Shown here: piece after piece, positions 27,501-41,700 of the stretch
Layout of the letters: each line of letters opens with the position of its first letter
How positions within the stretch are numbered: the stretch's first letter is position 1
From: Perna viridis
Taxonomy: Eukaryota
DNA: 64,000 nt
Direction: 5' to 3'
NCBI GenBank assembly: GCA_037379345.1
Contig: CM074513.1
Coordinates: forward strand, 19,406,001 to 19,470,000
Position numbers and translations under genes: made by a program
The notes under the pieces: generated by a model
Databases searched by the model: none
Seen by the model: only the letters and a program-made list of their open reading frames with translations
What the model was told of the DNA's origin: nothing

Positions 27501-30500
27501 TATAAGTATTAAGTAGCTGTCTTTATATCTGTATAAGAATCATGCAAAATCTGAAAAATGTGATACACCCCAAAAAAGGCTACATATTTTTATTTTTGTA
27601 ATTAAGTTGTTTTATGGGTTTATACTATGAAATCTACGGTGCATTCTATATAATTTTTATCTTCTAAAAGCACAGGTTAAATGAAAAACCACCTGTTTAT
27701 TTCTGTTTACTATGGCATGTTTACTAGTCTTATTACCCATGAATCACATTTTGCGTGATCCTTAGCTGGAGTGCTACTTAAACTGCAATATAAAAACTAT
27801 AACAGTATATTGACCAGAAAAAAAAAAAAAAACATAAATGAATTTGGTACTTTATCAGAAAAAATGTATGGCAAAGCCCCACAAAATTCCTCGATTACAG
27901 GCATCATCTGTAAATTGTTTATAATTCATGTCTATACACTGTTACTTTCCATTTACAAAAAAGATACATTGAGAAAGGTGATCTAGTGATTAATGAGATA
28001 ATGGGCCTTGTATTAAATTAGAATAACTATTACTTAAGTCAAAAATGTCTTTTACAGACACATGGTCTTAACATACAGGTTGATTTTACCCAGAATGCAC
28101 TACTGATGTTTCGATAATCAATCATAATCTGACATCGATTAATTTTTCAATTTCCAACGATGCATGAGTAATTGTTTTTTTTTTTGTTTTTTTTTTTTTC
28201 AGAATTAGAAATCACTAATTTAAATCCAAATTCGTGCTATCAGTTATCTTTTCGTGTTTACACTTTCAGTCATTCAAACATTTATTAGTTAGCTGTTTCT
28301 TAACTTGACATGACTTGAAGGTAAAAAAAAGTTTCCTGTTGAAATTCCTTAAAATACAAGATGACCAAGCAATTAGAAATGACACTTGTTATGACCAAAC
28401 CCACCTGTAAACTATGTTAATAGTAAAATTCAAACACAGGTAAATGCATATATAGAACATATTCATCAAAGACTTGAATCTTCAGGCAGTAAGTGTGATT
28501 TTAATCAATAGTCGCATTGGACTGGTTATTTGATTATTTGATTATCTGATTATTTGAGTATTAATTTTCATCTGATTCCCAACACTTTCACCTTATACTT
28601 GTAAGAAAGATTATTGCTGAATGCATGTGGTGGCTAAGGCAGGCTGGCCTGTAGCTTTCCACTAAATTAAAAGTGAAACAGATTCTCCTCTTGTATCTAA
28701 TTGATTACGTAAGTGATAAAAGTGTACCTGCATTTCCTCCCAAACATCTTCATCTAATGCAGTTCCTGCAGCAGTGTGGTGCATTGGCACTATCAGACAA
28801 TGTCCCTCTGTTAATGACTTGTGGTTAGGTAGGCACAGATAGGACTAAAATAAAAGGCAAAAAAATCGATTTAAGTCGGCATGTCAAAATTTAAGTAGCA
28901 ATCCAGCTAAGGATCATGCAAAATGTGATTCATGGGTAAAAAGCCTACATTATTTTAATTTTTGATATTTTGTTTGAAATGTCATAGTGAACAGAAATTA
29001 ACGTGGTTTTTCATATAACCCGTGCTCTTAGAAGATAAAAATTATATAGAATGCACTGTAGATTTCAAAATTAAGGGAGATAACTCTGTAAATGACGTTC
29101 AAATTCAATAGAATCTACTGGATTTTCAATGTTGATTATCCCTTAAGAGCAGGCAGATTTGAATGAATAATTACACATTTCAAAGAATAGACCCATAAAA
29201 CAACTTAATTACAAAAGTAAAAATATGTAGCCTTTTTTGAGGTGTATCACATTTTTCAGATTTTGTATGATTCTTATAAAGATATAAAGACAGCTACTTA
29301 AATACACAATAAAAGTCTATCAAGTTATTTTGAAATGGAATGTCAAGTATATGTGTATGATTGCATAAAGTTCAAGTTCCTTTAATTCTTGCGTAAAGAT
29401 AAATAAAGATATTAACATAACCATTTATTAATAACATTTTGTTCAAAAACATCCTGCAGGAGGACACTTTTGAACAAACCACTATAGTATTAGATAATTA
29501 GTTAAAATCTTAGGAAAACAAAACCAAATTGTCATGCTTAAGTATGATATGTCCATTCCCCATCTTACCTGGGATTTGGAAAAAAGATACCAGAAAAAGA
29601 TGGAGAACGGAGCTGTCTTTCATGATGACAAGTTTTGTACAAAACAATTATACTAATATTCATTAATGTATTTTAGAGTTATCATACAATGTGAGGATGT
29701 GTAAAAAAACAGCCAAAGAAACATAATTATTGATTCCATTCTGTCACTCATTCTTTTGGTTGTGTAGCTTTAACCATATTGTTTATCTGGATATAAAGGA
29801 TCACCCAAATTGATCAGAATTCACTAGGAATTCTCCAATTAAAACATCAGAGAAAAAAGTGAGATTTGTTTTTTCATTAACCTCCTAATCCCGAGGTAAT
29901 GTCTAAATGTCCTCTATAACACCAACATAATCCTTCACACTGGTATTTGGTAAACTTCAAAAAAAATTCTTATAAGTAAATATTTTTCAAGACAATTTTT
30001 TACTACCTTTTTGTCAAGCATTCAAAAGATTTTGAGGTCTCTAATAAACTGCACTCTGAGTAATTAAAGCAACTGATATTCTTTTACAACTTCCAATTAC
30101 CATATAGCGGGAAATTTTTTGGAAGACACTAATTTTGGTGTATTTTAGCGATTTGTCTAAAAATGCCAAAAAAAATTCCATGAAATACATGTATTTACTC
30201 TGAGCTTTGAAAATTGAATATCCACCAAAGTTGCAGTCACCAAATATTTTGGCATACTTTTATGCCTAAAAATTGACAAATTTATGCCTGCCAAAATAAC
30301 TCGCTATACAGTATCAGTTGTAATTCAGTGTCTGTCCAGTACTCCATTTTCATCTGACTCGGGTCAAAGAAATAATTGACCACATCATAACACTTCCATT
30401 AAAAAAGGGTAAACTTGGGGGTAATAGCACCAACAAAGCCAAGCTGAAGTACAATTATAGCAAGCAAGATTTAGTTATGGACTTTCACACCTTAGAAAAT

Positions 30501-32663
30501 ATACTTACCTTAGTTCCAATGGCAATAATGAGATGCTTTGGTACATTGCCAAAACAAAATTGACATTTCTCAAGTTTTCCTGCCATTTTCTTATGGTCTG
30601 AAAGAGGTTGAAGTTTGATTTAATATGAATTAATACCTGTATAATGAGTGTACAAGCTAAAAAAGAGAGAGGGAACGGGACTTACTCTTCTAGCAAAAAA
30701 CAATTGAATTAGCCCAAATAGTCTTCACTATGCTTAATGTATTTTACAATGGTATTGGAAACTTCCTATTTATGAATTAACTTCTTTTGGATGTAAAAAC
30801 CTTAATTCAGATAAATTCTTTTGTAAGGCACAAACCAATTATTATAGCAGAGTGCACATTAACAGTAATCTATAAAAAAATTACTCTGGCCTTAAAAGCA
30901 CCAATAGCTCGATTTCAGTCTTACAGGAGGTAAACCTGTAGTACCGAGCTAGGACCTTTACTTCACATCTTTAACAATAGCAAAATGTTTATAAATCATA
31001 TCTTAAAGTTTTGTTAAATTATGGAGAAAAATAAATTCTAGTGAATGTTAAACTGTAAATGGCATAATTATTTTTATAAAATCAATACATCATCTTCATC
31101 CTTTTATGCCTTGCATCTGCCTCAAATTATTTCTAAATACGTATCTACTTATCTTACTTAACTTTCTTAAAAGGTTTCATTACAATACATTCAGCAGTTT
31201 AGAAGGACTTGTTCATACAAAATGTGAACATGATAAAAATCATAATTTTAATTATCTTCCATTACAGTCATCTAAAAATCATAGCCTATCCATCCTATAA
31301 AGTTTAATTAAAATCCAGTCAGCAATTTGATAGATAAAGTCATATATAGCCAGGCAGGGTGACTCTCATATACTCAGGGACAGATGCAGAAATTGAAGAA
31401 CAGGAGGGTACACTGATTGACAAAGAAGGGCCTCACACCATCACATTAATTGACAAAAGAGGGCCTCACACCATCACATTGATTGACAACAGAGGGCCTT
31501 ACACCAACACACAGGGGTATAAAAAAGTTACAATATTACCAGCTATGGCTTGAGATCTTTCTTTCATCTCTGATACAGATATTGACTGTTTCTTTGCGGC
31601 TCTGTCCAGGAAAACATCATCAATCTGATAGTCATCACTAGTTTTGTCTACAGACTAAGACAATAATAACAAAGGGTTATCTCCCATGCCAAACACAAAA
31701 GTACATATCACCTAATTTCCCTGTTTTTTTTTTTAATTCTATGACAACCAGAAAAATGTAAGCTAAATAAGTTTTATGATGTCTATCAGTGATTTCATTA
31801 TTCCCATAATTACATGAAAACAATGTAGAGTTTTTTGTAAGAAGTGCTAAAAGACAGACAGACAACTGAACAGTATAATAATATAAAATTGTCTATTAAA
31901 GACCTATTCATAACAATCAGCTACTCAGAATTGATTAGGTGAATATAGATATTTTTGTATTTATAATTTTACGAAGTGAAAAAGGACAACTGTATATACT
32001 TCTAAGAAAATGTCAACACTTGGCAAGAAAAAAAACAAAGGATTGTATAAATAAAAAACATACCCTTCCAGCAAGTCTGGCAAACATAAGACTGTCATCC
32101 TCTGCAGTTCCCATCTTTTCTCTTTCAACCTGTTAATTTTAGATTAGATTTTTTGGTTAAACTCTTAAAAACTGTTGCAAAGCCATTTAATTTCAGCAAT
32201 ATTGATTCTGCAACAAACAGATTTGTGACTGCTGAATCTTAGAAACAACTAAACTGAAAAGCATAGAATGCAAATGAGACAAAAATGCATGCTTAAGTAA
32301 TATAATGTTACATGTACAATGGAGGGCTATCAGCATTAAAGTTGAGTAACTGGTGCAGCCCAAGTTTTATCCATCTATAGAACATGTTTTGCCTCACTTG
32401 TCTTTCATCCAAAGTACATTATAATTTCTTTTTTTAAACAATATTTGTGAATAAATTCACAAAAGAATACCATCCACTTCCACCTGGACCCTAAACCATG
32501 AAATAGGATTACCTTCCCCTGTAAGAACCTAAAATTGCTAACTAAATACATAATTCAAAACCTTATGTTAAGTTTCAACAATATCCAAAGAGCATATTAG
32601 GGGAATTATGATTACTACCATTAAAAGGTACATGGGTGAGCAGACAGAATGAGCATGGTGTTT

Positions 32664-32730
<67 letters not shown>

Positions 32731-35700
32731 TAGATATACAAACGTCTCAGAATGTGACGACTCCATTCGCTACACTGCTCCATCAGATATATATATATAT
32801 ATATATAAATAGAAAGGTCTGAAAAATTCCCAACAATGTTAGAACTGTCAAATTTGCGATGCAAATTTTTGGTCGTTCCCTCCGCGGGACTCGAACTCGT
32901 GCTGCTGTGACATCTATGGCAACACCGCCTGCACTAAGTCCAGCACCCTAGACCACTCTGCCAGCTAGGCCATATACTCATAAAGCTATATGTATATATA
33001 TATATATAAAGAAACACCATGCTCAATATATATATCATGGCGTTTCTTTATATATATATATATACATATAGCTTTATGAGTTTTATGCTGAGGAAGGAAG
33101 ATTAGTTATTCAATTCAAATTTTACCATCTTCTGGTGATGTTACTTATAAAACTTACATTATAGGCTAGAAGCTGAGAAGGCTTTGGAACAGCCTTTACA
33201 TTTGTAGGTGTCCATTTGTCAATTGAATGCATGATCTCATCAAACATAATTTTGGTGTAATGAATTTGTAAATCATAAAAACTGAAATCTTTAACTGACT
33301 TACCAGAGTTTTAAGATCAAAGTTTTCATCATCATCAAAATATTGTTTTCTTTCACCTTGTTTTCCATGAGTGTCAACCTAAAATTAAAGAGCATGTATA
33401 TATCATACTAGTAGTTACATGTATAAATAAGAATAATGTATGAAAATATATATAAAATCCTCTGCTGTTCTAAACATTTTTAATAATTTTTCTAAAGATG
33501 TGTTTTTAAATAAGGTATAATTGTCAAATGAACTCAACCAAAACAAAATCTCGTACATTTCAACACACACCTAATTTTTAAAGTATTTTTCCCTAAACAC
33601 ATGTATTGTTTTTCTTGCCCTATTTAACTTTCTATAAAATAAACTTTGTTTTTCTTACCTTCTGTTTCTTTCTCCTCCTTTTATTTGCCAAGTCTTTCCC
33701 ATCAGTAGACATGTCAGGTAGTGGTCTGACACGACCATGTTTATCAGTCTTTGTCAATAATACAACATCCACCCCTAGTTCTTCATTCTTCTCTGCTGCT
33801 GGAGGTGCTTTGTTTCTTTCCTTCAGCTCTCTGGCTTCATCCAACTCTGCCTTTAATTTAGCAGCTTTTTCCTGTCAAGATAAGTTTTTTGTCTTTTTTT
33901 TTTTTTTTTTTTACTGACATCCAACAAAGATTTATTCAACGAAAAAATATATTTGTATAACTATCTTGGATGAATACCTTTGGCTTGCAATAAATATAAA
34001 TTTACATATATATCAACTTTGGTGGAATTGTCAAATTTCCGTATACTCAAGGTCACCCATTCCTGTTAGTAAAAAATGGGAGAATAAAGTATTGCAGTCA
34101 ATGTACTGTATCTCTAAAGTAGTTGAGCCTAAAATTAAGAATATTGTTTATGACCTTACTCCATACCATACCTCAACAAATACAAAAGTTTCTTTTCGTT
34201 TCCAAATCAAAGGACATTATTTTGATTGGTTTGATGAATTTAAATATTTTACTCAGCAATCAAAGGGGAATAACTCTAACTATCAAACCTTATAATGCCT
34301 AGCAATTGATTGATTTTAAGAATGATTTGAAATAGAGCCTACAACACTGTCCCTGTTAGGTCTATAGCAAGCATGGCTATAATTTAAATTATAAATTCAT
34401 CATTTCCCTGTTTTTTAGCAATGCCTTAAATGTTCCTGATAAAAAAACAATGGAATTTTTTTTGTTTAAAATCAATGATGAGTTAGTGGTTTAAAGTGAA
34501 AATATTTTATTGTGACAACATACTGTATCACCCAAAATTTCTGCTTTGACAATTTTAGCTCCTAGCTGGTTCATTTCTTGTTCTGTGAGGATTTTAATAG
34601 GGAGTGCTGTTTCCACTTCAGGTTCATCAGACTCTGAACTTTCACTTTCACTTTCACTGCCACTAGTACCTATAAACAAACAGAAAGACAGCATGGTTTA
34701 CTCATAATAAACATACATTTGCTTGTATGGTTGTTATATGCATATTTGTCAAATTTCAGGAAGTTTTGTGAGATGTTTCTTTTGTATTCAAACATGATTT
34801 CTTTCTTTTTAAAATGGAAATCTGCTTTTTTCAACTCTGTATTTTACAATTTCATTTTTACCATATACATATACTTGATATTTTGCCAATTTACCACTAT
34901 CCCTGGCTTTGTAAAACCATGTCTTTTCATTTTAACTGACCTACTGCATACTTTGATTTTGTACTTTTCACTATCACCATTTTCACAACATTACATACCA
35001 CTAACTAGCTTAACATCAAAGATTATGGGGACAAATTTTCACGTTATTACATGTAATAGAAAAAAATATGAAACCTTGCGAAATGGCTGGTACCTTTAAT
35101 CTGTTGAAAGATTCTGCACATAATATCTCATCATGCTTCTTGCACAGAAAGACTAGGTAGCATTGGGTTACTAAATTAGTTTGAGACTTACTAGAAGGAG
35201 TAACTTCCTTTCTTTTCCTTTCAGAAACCCTTTCTTCAGTCTTTTTCTCCACATTTACATACTCCATCTTTTTCCATGCTGGCACATCTAGTTTCTTAGA
35301 GGAGAATTTCGTCTCCTTCCTATCAAGTGAATCATCATCATCAAAATCACCAGGTTTAGCAAATCTGCCTTTAGGTTTATCTCTAGGATTCATTGATTCT
35401 TCATCACTGCCAGGCCTTTTAAACCTACTCGATAAGAAACTTTTGCTGTATCTTGGTGACCTTGACCTACTCTTTCTGTTGTATTTTGGTGATCTAGACC
35501 TTTCTCTTCTTCTGGAACTATTTCTTTCAAATGGAGACCTACTTCTGTAATCATTCTTTCTTTCTGGGGACCTAGAGTGTGATCTGGAAGGTCTTTTGAA
35601 TTTTCTATCATTTGGAGCCCCTGACTTTTTCATCCTTTCTTTTGACCTTGACCTTTTGTACCTTTCCCATTCCCCTGACCTTTTTCTGTATCTTTCCCTT

Positions 35701-38700
35701 GACCTACTTCTGTCTCTCCTTGATGAAGAGTATCTATTTTCAGGAGAATCATTCTCTTCATCATTTGGCCTTCTAAATCTGTTTCTTCTTTCATTTTCTT
35801 GATCTTCTTTCATTTTAACACTTGCTTTTTCTGCATCAGACAACATTTTCTCCAACTTTTTCAAAGACTATGAAAAGAAAACATTACTTTCAGAAGAGCT
35901 GTATCAACAACAAGTGCACTTTGTTAATGTCCACTTTTGTCAAGGTAAAAGTAGCTCCTTTAATTTTGATTCACTTAATTTCTTTTGAAATGTCTGTAAA
36001 TAATGTCATTTTTATTACCATCTAGAGACTACTGAACTGAAGTCTGAAAACTGTGAACTCTCCCCTTTTTTTATGAAATTCTACTTATTTTTTTAAAACA
36101 AAGCAATTGAAATATATGAAATAATCATGAAAATTAAACCTAGTAAAAAACTGAAAATACAGTTATAAAAAAAGATTCTCAACTACATTTATGTGTACTT
36201 CAAAAGACTTAATAATATAACAAATTACCCCATATTTTTCTGTTGCTACATCCTCAAGACTTCTCTTCTCCTCTTTGGCCTGTTCTACACACCTCTGGTA
36301 AGCCCTCTTCATCCAGCTAAGGCCCCCATCTCCAACCCCTCCCATAATTGATGATTTGGATTTGTTCTCTGGTAAACCAGTGCCTCCATCCTTCCAGTAA
36401 GGATTTAGCTCCCTTTCATGCTGCCCTGGCTAATATGATATTCTAATGTATATCAGACACATATTTATCCTGTAAACGCAGAGATTTTTGTTTTGTCTTT
36501 TTTTTTCACTGTTTATGTGATCAATCTACTTTCACAAGATGTAAATTTATGATTGTTCCTTAACTAGTAATATAATGTTCTACAAAAAAAATATTTACAA
36601 CAGCTTAATGTTCAAGTTACAGGTCTGACAGTGAAAATAACAAAAATAAAATTGTTAAGTAAATTTCATGGTTCATAGTAGACCATAACAAGAAAAGACA
36701 TGTGTCTGTTTCATTCCTACATTACCTTAACTATATTTTAATCCTCAAATAAGTTCTTTTGTATGTTTTTATCAAAAGTCATTGCATTCTTATTACAAAT
36801 AAAAATCATCACTTCTACATTTGTATGTTTGTTAAGAAGCAATCTTTATAAGAATCATGCAAATTTTGTAAAATGTGATACACCTTAAAAAAGGCTACAT
36901 ATTTTTATTTTTGTTATTAAGTTGCTTTATAGATCTTTATGATGAAATGTATAATTATTCATTCCAATCAGTCATCTCTTAGGAGATAATCCACATGTAA
37001 AATCCAACAGTTTCTATTGTATTTCAGTGCCATTTACAGAGTTATCTCCCTTAATTTTGAATTCTACAGTGCATTCTATATAACTTCTCTCTCCTACAAC
37101 AAGGGTTATATGAAAAGCCACAGGTTACTTTCTGTTTATCATGACATTTTAAACAAAATATCAAAAATAAAAATATGCAGGATTTCCAACCATGAATAAG
37201 ATTTCACATGACTCTTATGTGGAATGCTACTTACGTGATAATAATGCACAGAATATATATTCTAAACCAATTAGGCAAAGTCAACTTAAATGTTAAACTC
37301 ACATCCAACAGGTGGAAGGATTTTATTTTTCATTTATTTTTATTTCTAACCAGATATTTGCTAGCCTAATTTTAGATTTTTGAAGCATAGATATGTTCTA
37401 AATCCAGTTTCAAAGAAGAAACATCAGTTAAGTCGCCAAGAAATGAAAGATTTGTGTCAAATAGTATCTCAATACTAATAACTGCTTGAAAAAACCCTGA
37501 TTTTGAAATTCCTGCCCAAATTTTTAGGGATAGGGGGGAAAAGAATCTACAAATTTATTTTATTTGGTCTTACATAGAAAATATCCTTCAAATACTTTTC
37601 AGCTTACTTTTGATGGAACAAAATTCAAACTCCAGAAAGAAAATAATTCCAAAAATAATTATTTACCTTATTCAGTAAATTTGATTTGTCCTCTGCCTTT
37701 TGTTTTTCTTCTTCTAGCTTTTTCTGTTCCATAATTTCTTTCTTTGATATTGTTGGAATAATGTCTAAAGGGCTCTCCATCCAACTATCTCTCTAAAACA
37801 GGAAAATACAACCAGGTGAAGTTTTTCAAATTATTTCACAGAAGATAAAATTATTTAAGAGATATTGAATACTGCAAATCAGTCCAGTTTATCACTTTAT
37901 CTGCCAAAAAAAACAAGCCTAAGGCGAGTTTATTAAATACCAATTCAACTATTGAGAGTAAAATAAAGATGAGCAATAAGAATATAAATTTAACAATCAA
38001 ATGCAATAGGGTATGAAAGTCTCCACTTCAATCATGAGAATGGGTTCTAATCTACTATTCGAATGCCTGGAGATTTTCCATTTACAGAGTGTTGTGTTCA
38101 GTATTAACAGCAAAACATCTTTTCATGTAAATAAACTGATGAAAAATGACAAAACAATATTGCTGCTTGATAAAATTATCAAGAAAAGCAAAAATGGATT
38201 GTAATGCAGTGTTTCAAGATCCTGGAAGTAAATGATATCAAACTGCTGGTAGCACTGGAGGTTTTCAATTCATGTGAAAATAGCACTATACACTCAATCT
38301 CAAAGACAACATGATGTAAAATAAAACTGTAATCATTAATTTGCATTTCCCATATAATTTAGAACTGTTTCTTTTTATTAAATGTTTAAACTGAATGTTA
38401 ATCTTTAGTGCTGATTTCAGAGATAAACCTGTAAATCTTTGGAACAGTTCACACATTAGATTTTCCACCACTGACACTGTCTAATGTGGGAGATGTTTAA
38501 AAGGAATTATGTATGGACTTAATTCTATGTAGTATTCAGAAACAGTATGGAAGTTCCAGACATGAACCTGTGACATACTATATATAATAAAAGGTATTTT
38601 GATACTGAAGAAGTAAAAACCAAAAAATGCAAATCAGTCTTTCGATTCCAATACATTCTATATTAGAAATTGCAGTAAGGCAAAATTAACTTAGAATGAG

Positions 38701-41700
38701 ATTTACGAAGCCAATAAAACAAACAACTGACAAAGCAAGAGTGAGTAACTTAAAGGTTGTTCTGGAGGTAGACTGTATTTTATCTATTGAATGGATAAGA
38801 AAGCTTTATCAATCAAGCAGACCTTGCTATAAGTCTGCAGCTTTCAGCCAAATTGTTAAACATAATAACTAATGAAAATCATTAAACAAAAAAATGAAAG
38901 AAAATCATTCGTGCATAATATGAAATTGTAGATAACGAGATTTGGAAGGGGATTCCAGGCTATCATTGATTATTTTTTATTGAAAAAATGCAATAATTCA
39001 TATGTAACAAAATTTTCCTACCAACAAAAGGGTGAATTCAAACTCCAAGAACACCCCCTGTATCCAATGGTGAAATTTAAGTACTTCTGTATGTACAAAA
39101 CATACATTAAATCCACCACCAATAAACCACATCTTGCATTTTATGAGTCATAAACTTTTCAACACAGAAGTCGTGTTCATTGTGCATTTGGTGAGCGTTT
39201 CGCATGTATTTTGATATCGTGCATGCGGGAAATCCAAACTCCTCAAGAAGTGTAAGAGTGAATCTTGAAAGCAGAACAAAATCAGAGTTTTTGTTGCATG
39301 ATTATTTACAAGTAACTGGAGAGCTACTAATGTAGGTACCTGGAGCTGTGGTCCTTTCATTATTACAGGTTTATCCTCATTCACTGAAAGCTGTTCAGAG
39401 CCTAATTTACTGCTGGATCCTCCTTTCTCAACCCATACAGGGCTATCATCAGAATCCTTTTTAAAAGATTCAAACTTAATTCAGTTACAATCTACTGTAA
39501 AAGTATTAATTTTTGAAATAAGATATTTAATGCTTCTCCCTTAAATGTTCATTCATAAAAGAACTTCTTTTTGTAGGCATTGATAGGGGAGTGACATTAA
39601 CATTTTCTTTTATCTAAAATGATATTTTTGCATGTCGTTTGAATTTTATCAACTTTTGATGTACTTCTTTGTAACATGACTAAGTTGATGTCAAGATGAC
39701 AATTTAAGGGAAATGATGATGGTGTCCTCCCTGACTACAGATATATTCATACATGTAGGTGAAAACTCTACAGCTTTGCCAGGACCCTCCTGATATTTCA
39801 TGAAAAATTCAACAATCGCTCATTCACAAGCCCATGTCAAAGTGGGAGATTAAGTCACATTTTCAGAAATTTCTCCCATCTTATTTGAATTTTAAGCTTA
39901 AAATGGTAATAAGTTACTTCGATTTGTTAAAAACATTGCAGGAAAAAACTCAGCAAAACTACTTTGGGAAAATTTAAGAGGGAGAATTTTCCAATGTTAA
40001 CTCCTATGGGTCCAAAATTTTTTTTTTTACAATTTTCCCTAATGAATTCTGGGATTTCTTATATTTTTCCGAGAAATCTATGATCTTTTTGCTCCATTTG
40101 CTACTCTCCACTTATGCAATAGAAAAAAGTTCTTGAACAAATGGAAGAAATCACTGATTGTCAACTTGGTCTTGGTGCAAGAACCAATCAACGAAACAAC
40201 CCAACAACAAACTCAGAGATGAACAAATTTTCACAGAAATATAACACCAAATTGAGAGATAAAATGTATAATTCCGAACACTGTTTTACAAATATCCTCA
40301 AATACATATACCTCTGATGAACTATTACTTTCTGACTTCTTCTTCTTTTTCTCTTTTTTATGCTTTTTCTTTTTCTTTTTCTCCTTTTTTACTTTTTTTG
40401 CCTTTTTCTCATATTCCTATGAAAAATGAGATGTAAACTACATGTACATAATGTATAAATTCAATCATTTTTTGTTGTTGTTTTTTTTTTTATTTTGCTG
40501 AAGTGATTACTTGTAACAGGGTTGCTATGCTATTTCTTTCAGATTTTGGCAGAAGTGATTACTTGTAACAGGGTTGCTATGCTATTTCTTTCAGATTTTG
40601 GCAGAAGTGATTACTTGTAACAGGGTTGCTATGCTATTTCTTTCATTATTAACGGTGAATTTTAGATCAACAAACTTTTTCTTGTGATTCTTTTAAATTA
40701 TTATCAGTAAATTATACATTGTTAAACTATTTCTGGGTATTTTTAAAATCTAAATCTTCCATTACATACATGTATCTTTAAAACATTTTCCTGTAAACTA
40801 TTTTCACCTTGAATGGGGTATTTTAGAATAAATGTTCATTATTTTGTTAGTCATGAATTATTTTCAGCTAATATTTAAAGAAAGGAGCTTTTGCATTATA
40901 TTAAACACTTTTTAGAGTACTAGCTGGTTTGAAATACATGCATGTTCATGTACTGTATTTCTATACAAATTTAAAAGATGTTCCTTGTAACAAGTGTGAA
41001 CTACAATGGACCTGAATGCCTGCTTTTAATTTTTTTTCTAATTAAAAGCCTGTTTTGTAGAAATTAAAAATGAAATATTTCACAAGTAGCAGACATAGTA
41101 CCTTTTGTTCCTGCTCAAGTCTATCATTTAATGCAGGTAGCATCCAAGTGTCTTCACCTCTTAATTTAGCCTGTTCTTTCTTCCATTGATCTCTTTCATA
41201 ATCTCTTTTCGCCTAAAATGAAAAAAAATATAATCATACAGTGAAACCTGTCTAAATCAAACCCTGAATAATAAAAAAAACGTCTAAACTAAACCCTGAA
41301 CACTAAAAAATCTGTCTAAACCAAACCCTCAACACTAAAAAGCCTGTCTAAACCAAATCCTGAATACTCAAAAAACTGTCTAAACCAAACCCCATATACT
41401 AAAACAAACAGTCTAGTCTGCACTATGAAGACACAAAAAACCTGTCTAAACCAAACCATGAATACTCAAAAATCCTGTCTAACCCAAACCCAGAACACTA
41501 AATAAAACCATCTAAACCAAACCATGAACACTAAAAAAATGTCTAAAACCGAACCATAACACTTAAAAAACCTGTCTAAATCTAACTCTGAAAAATCCAA
41601 AAACCTGTCTAAACTGAACCCTGAATATTCCAAAAACCTGTCTAAACCATACCCTGAATACTCCAAAAACCTGTCTAAACCGGAACAATTTTAAAGTCTA

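Noticed and set aside
35016-35864. Stand-alone 282-aa SR protein
   Set aside because: It is exon 7 of CWF19L2 read past its donor site at 35192.
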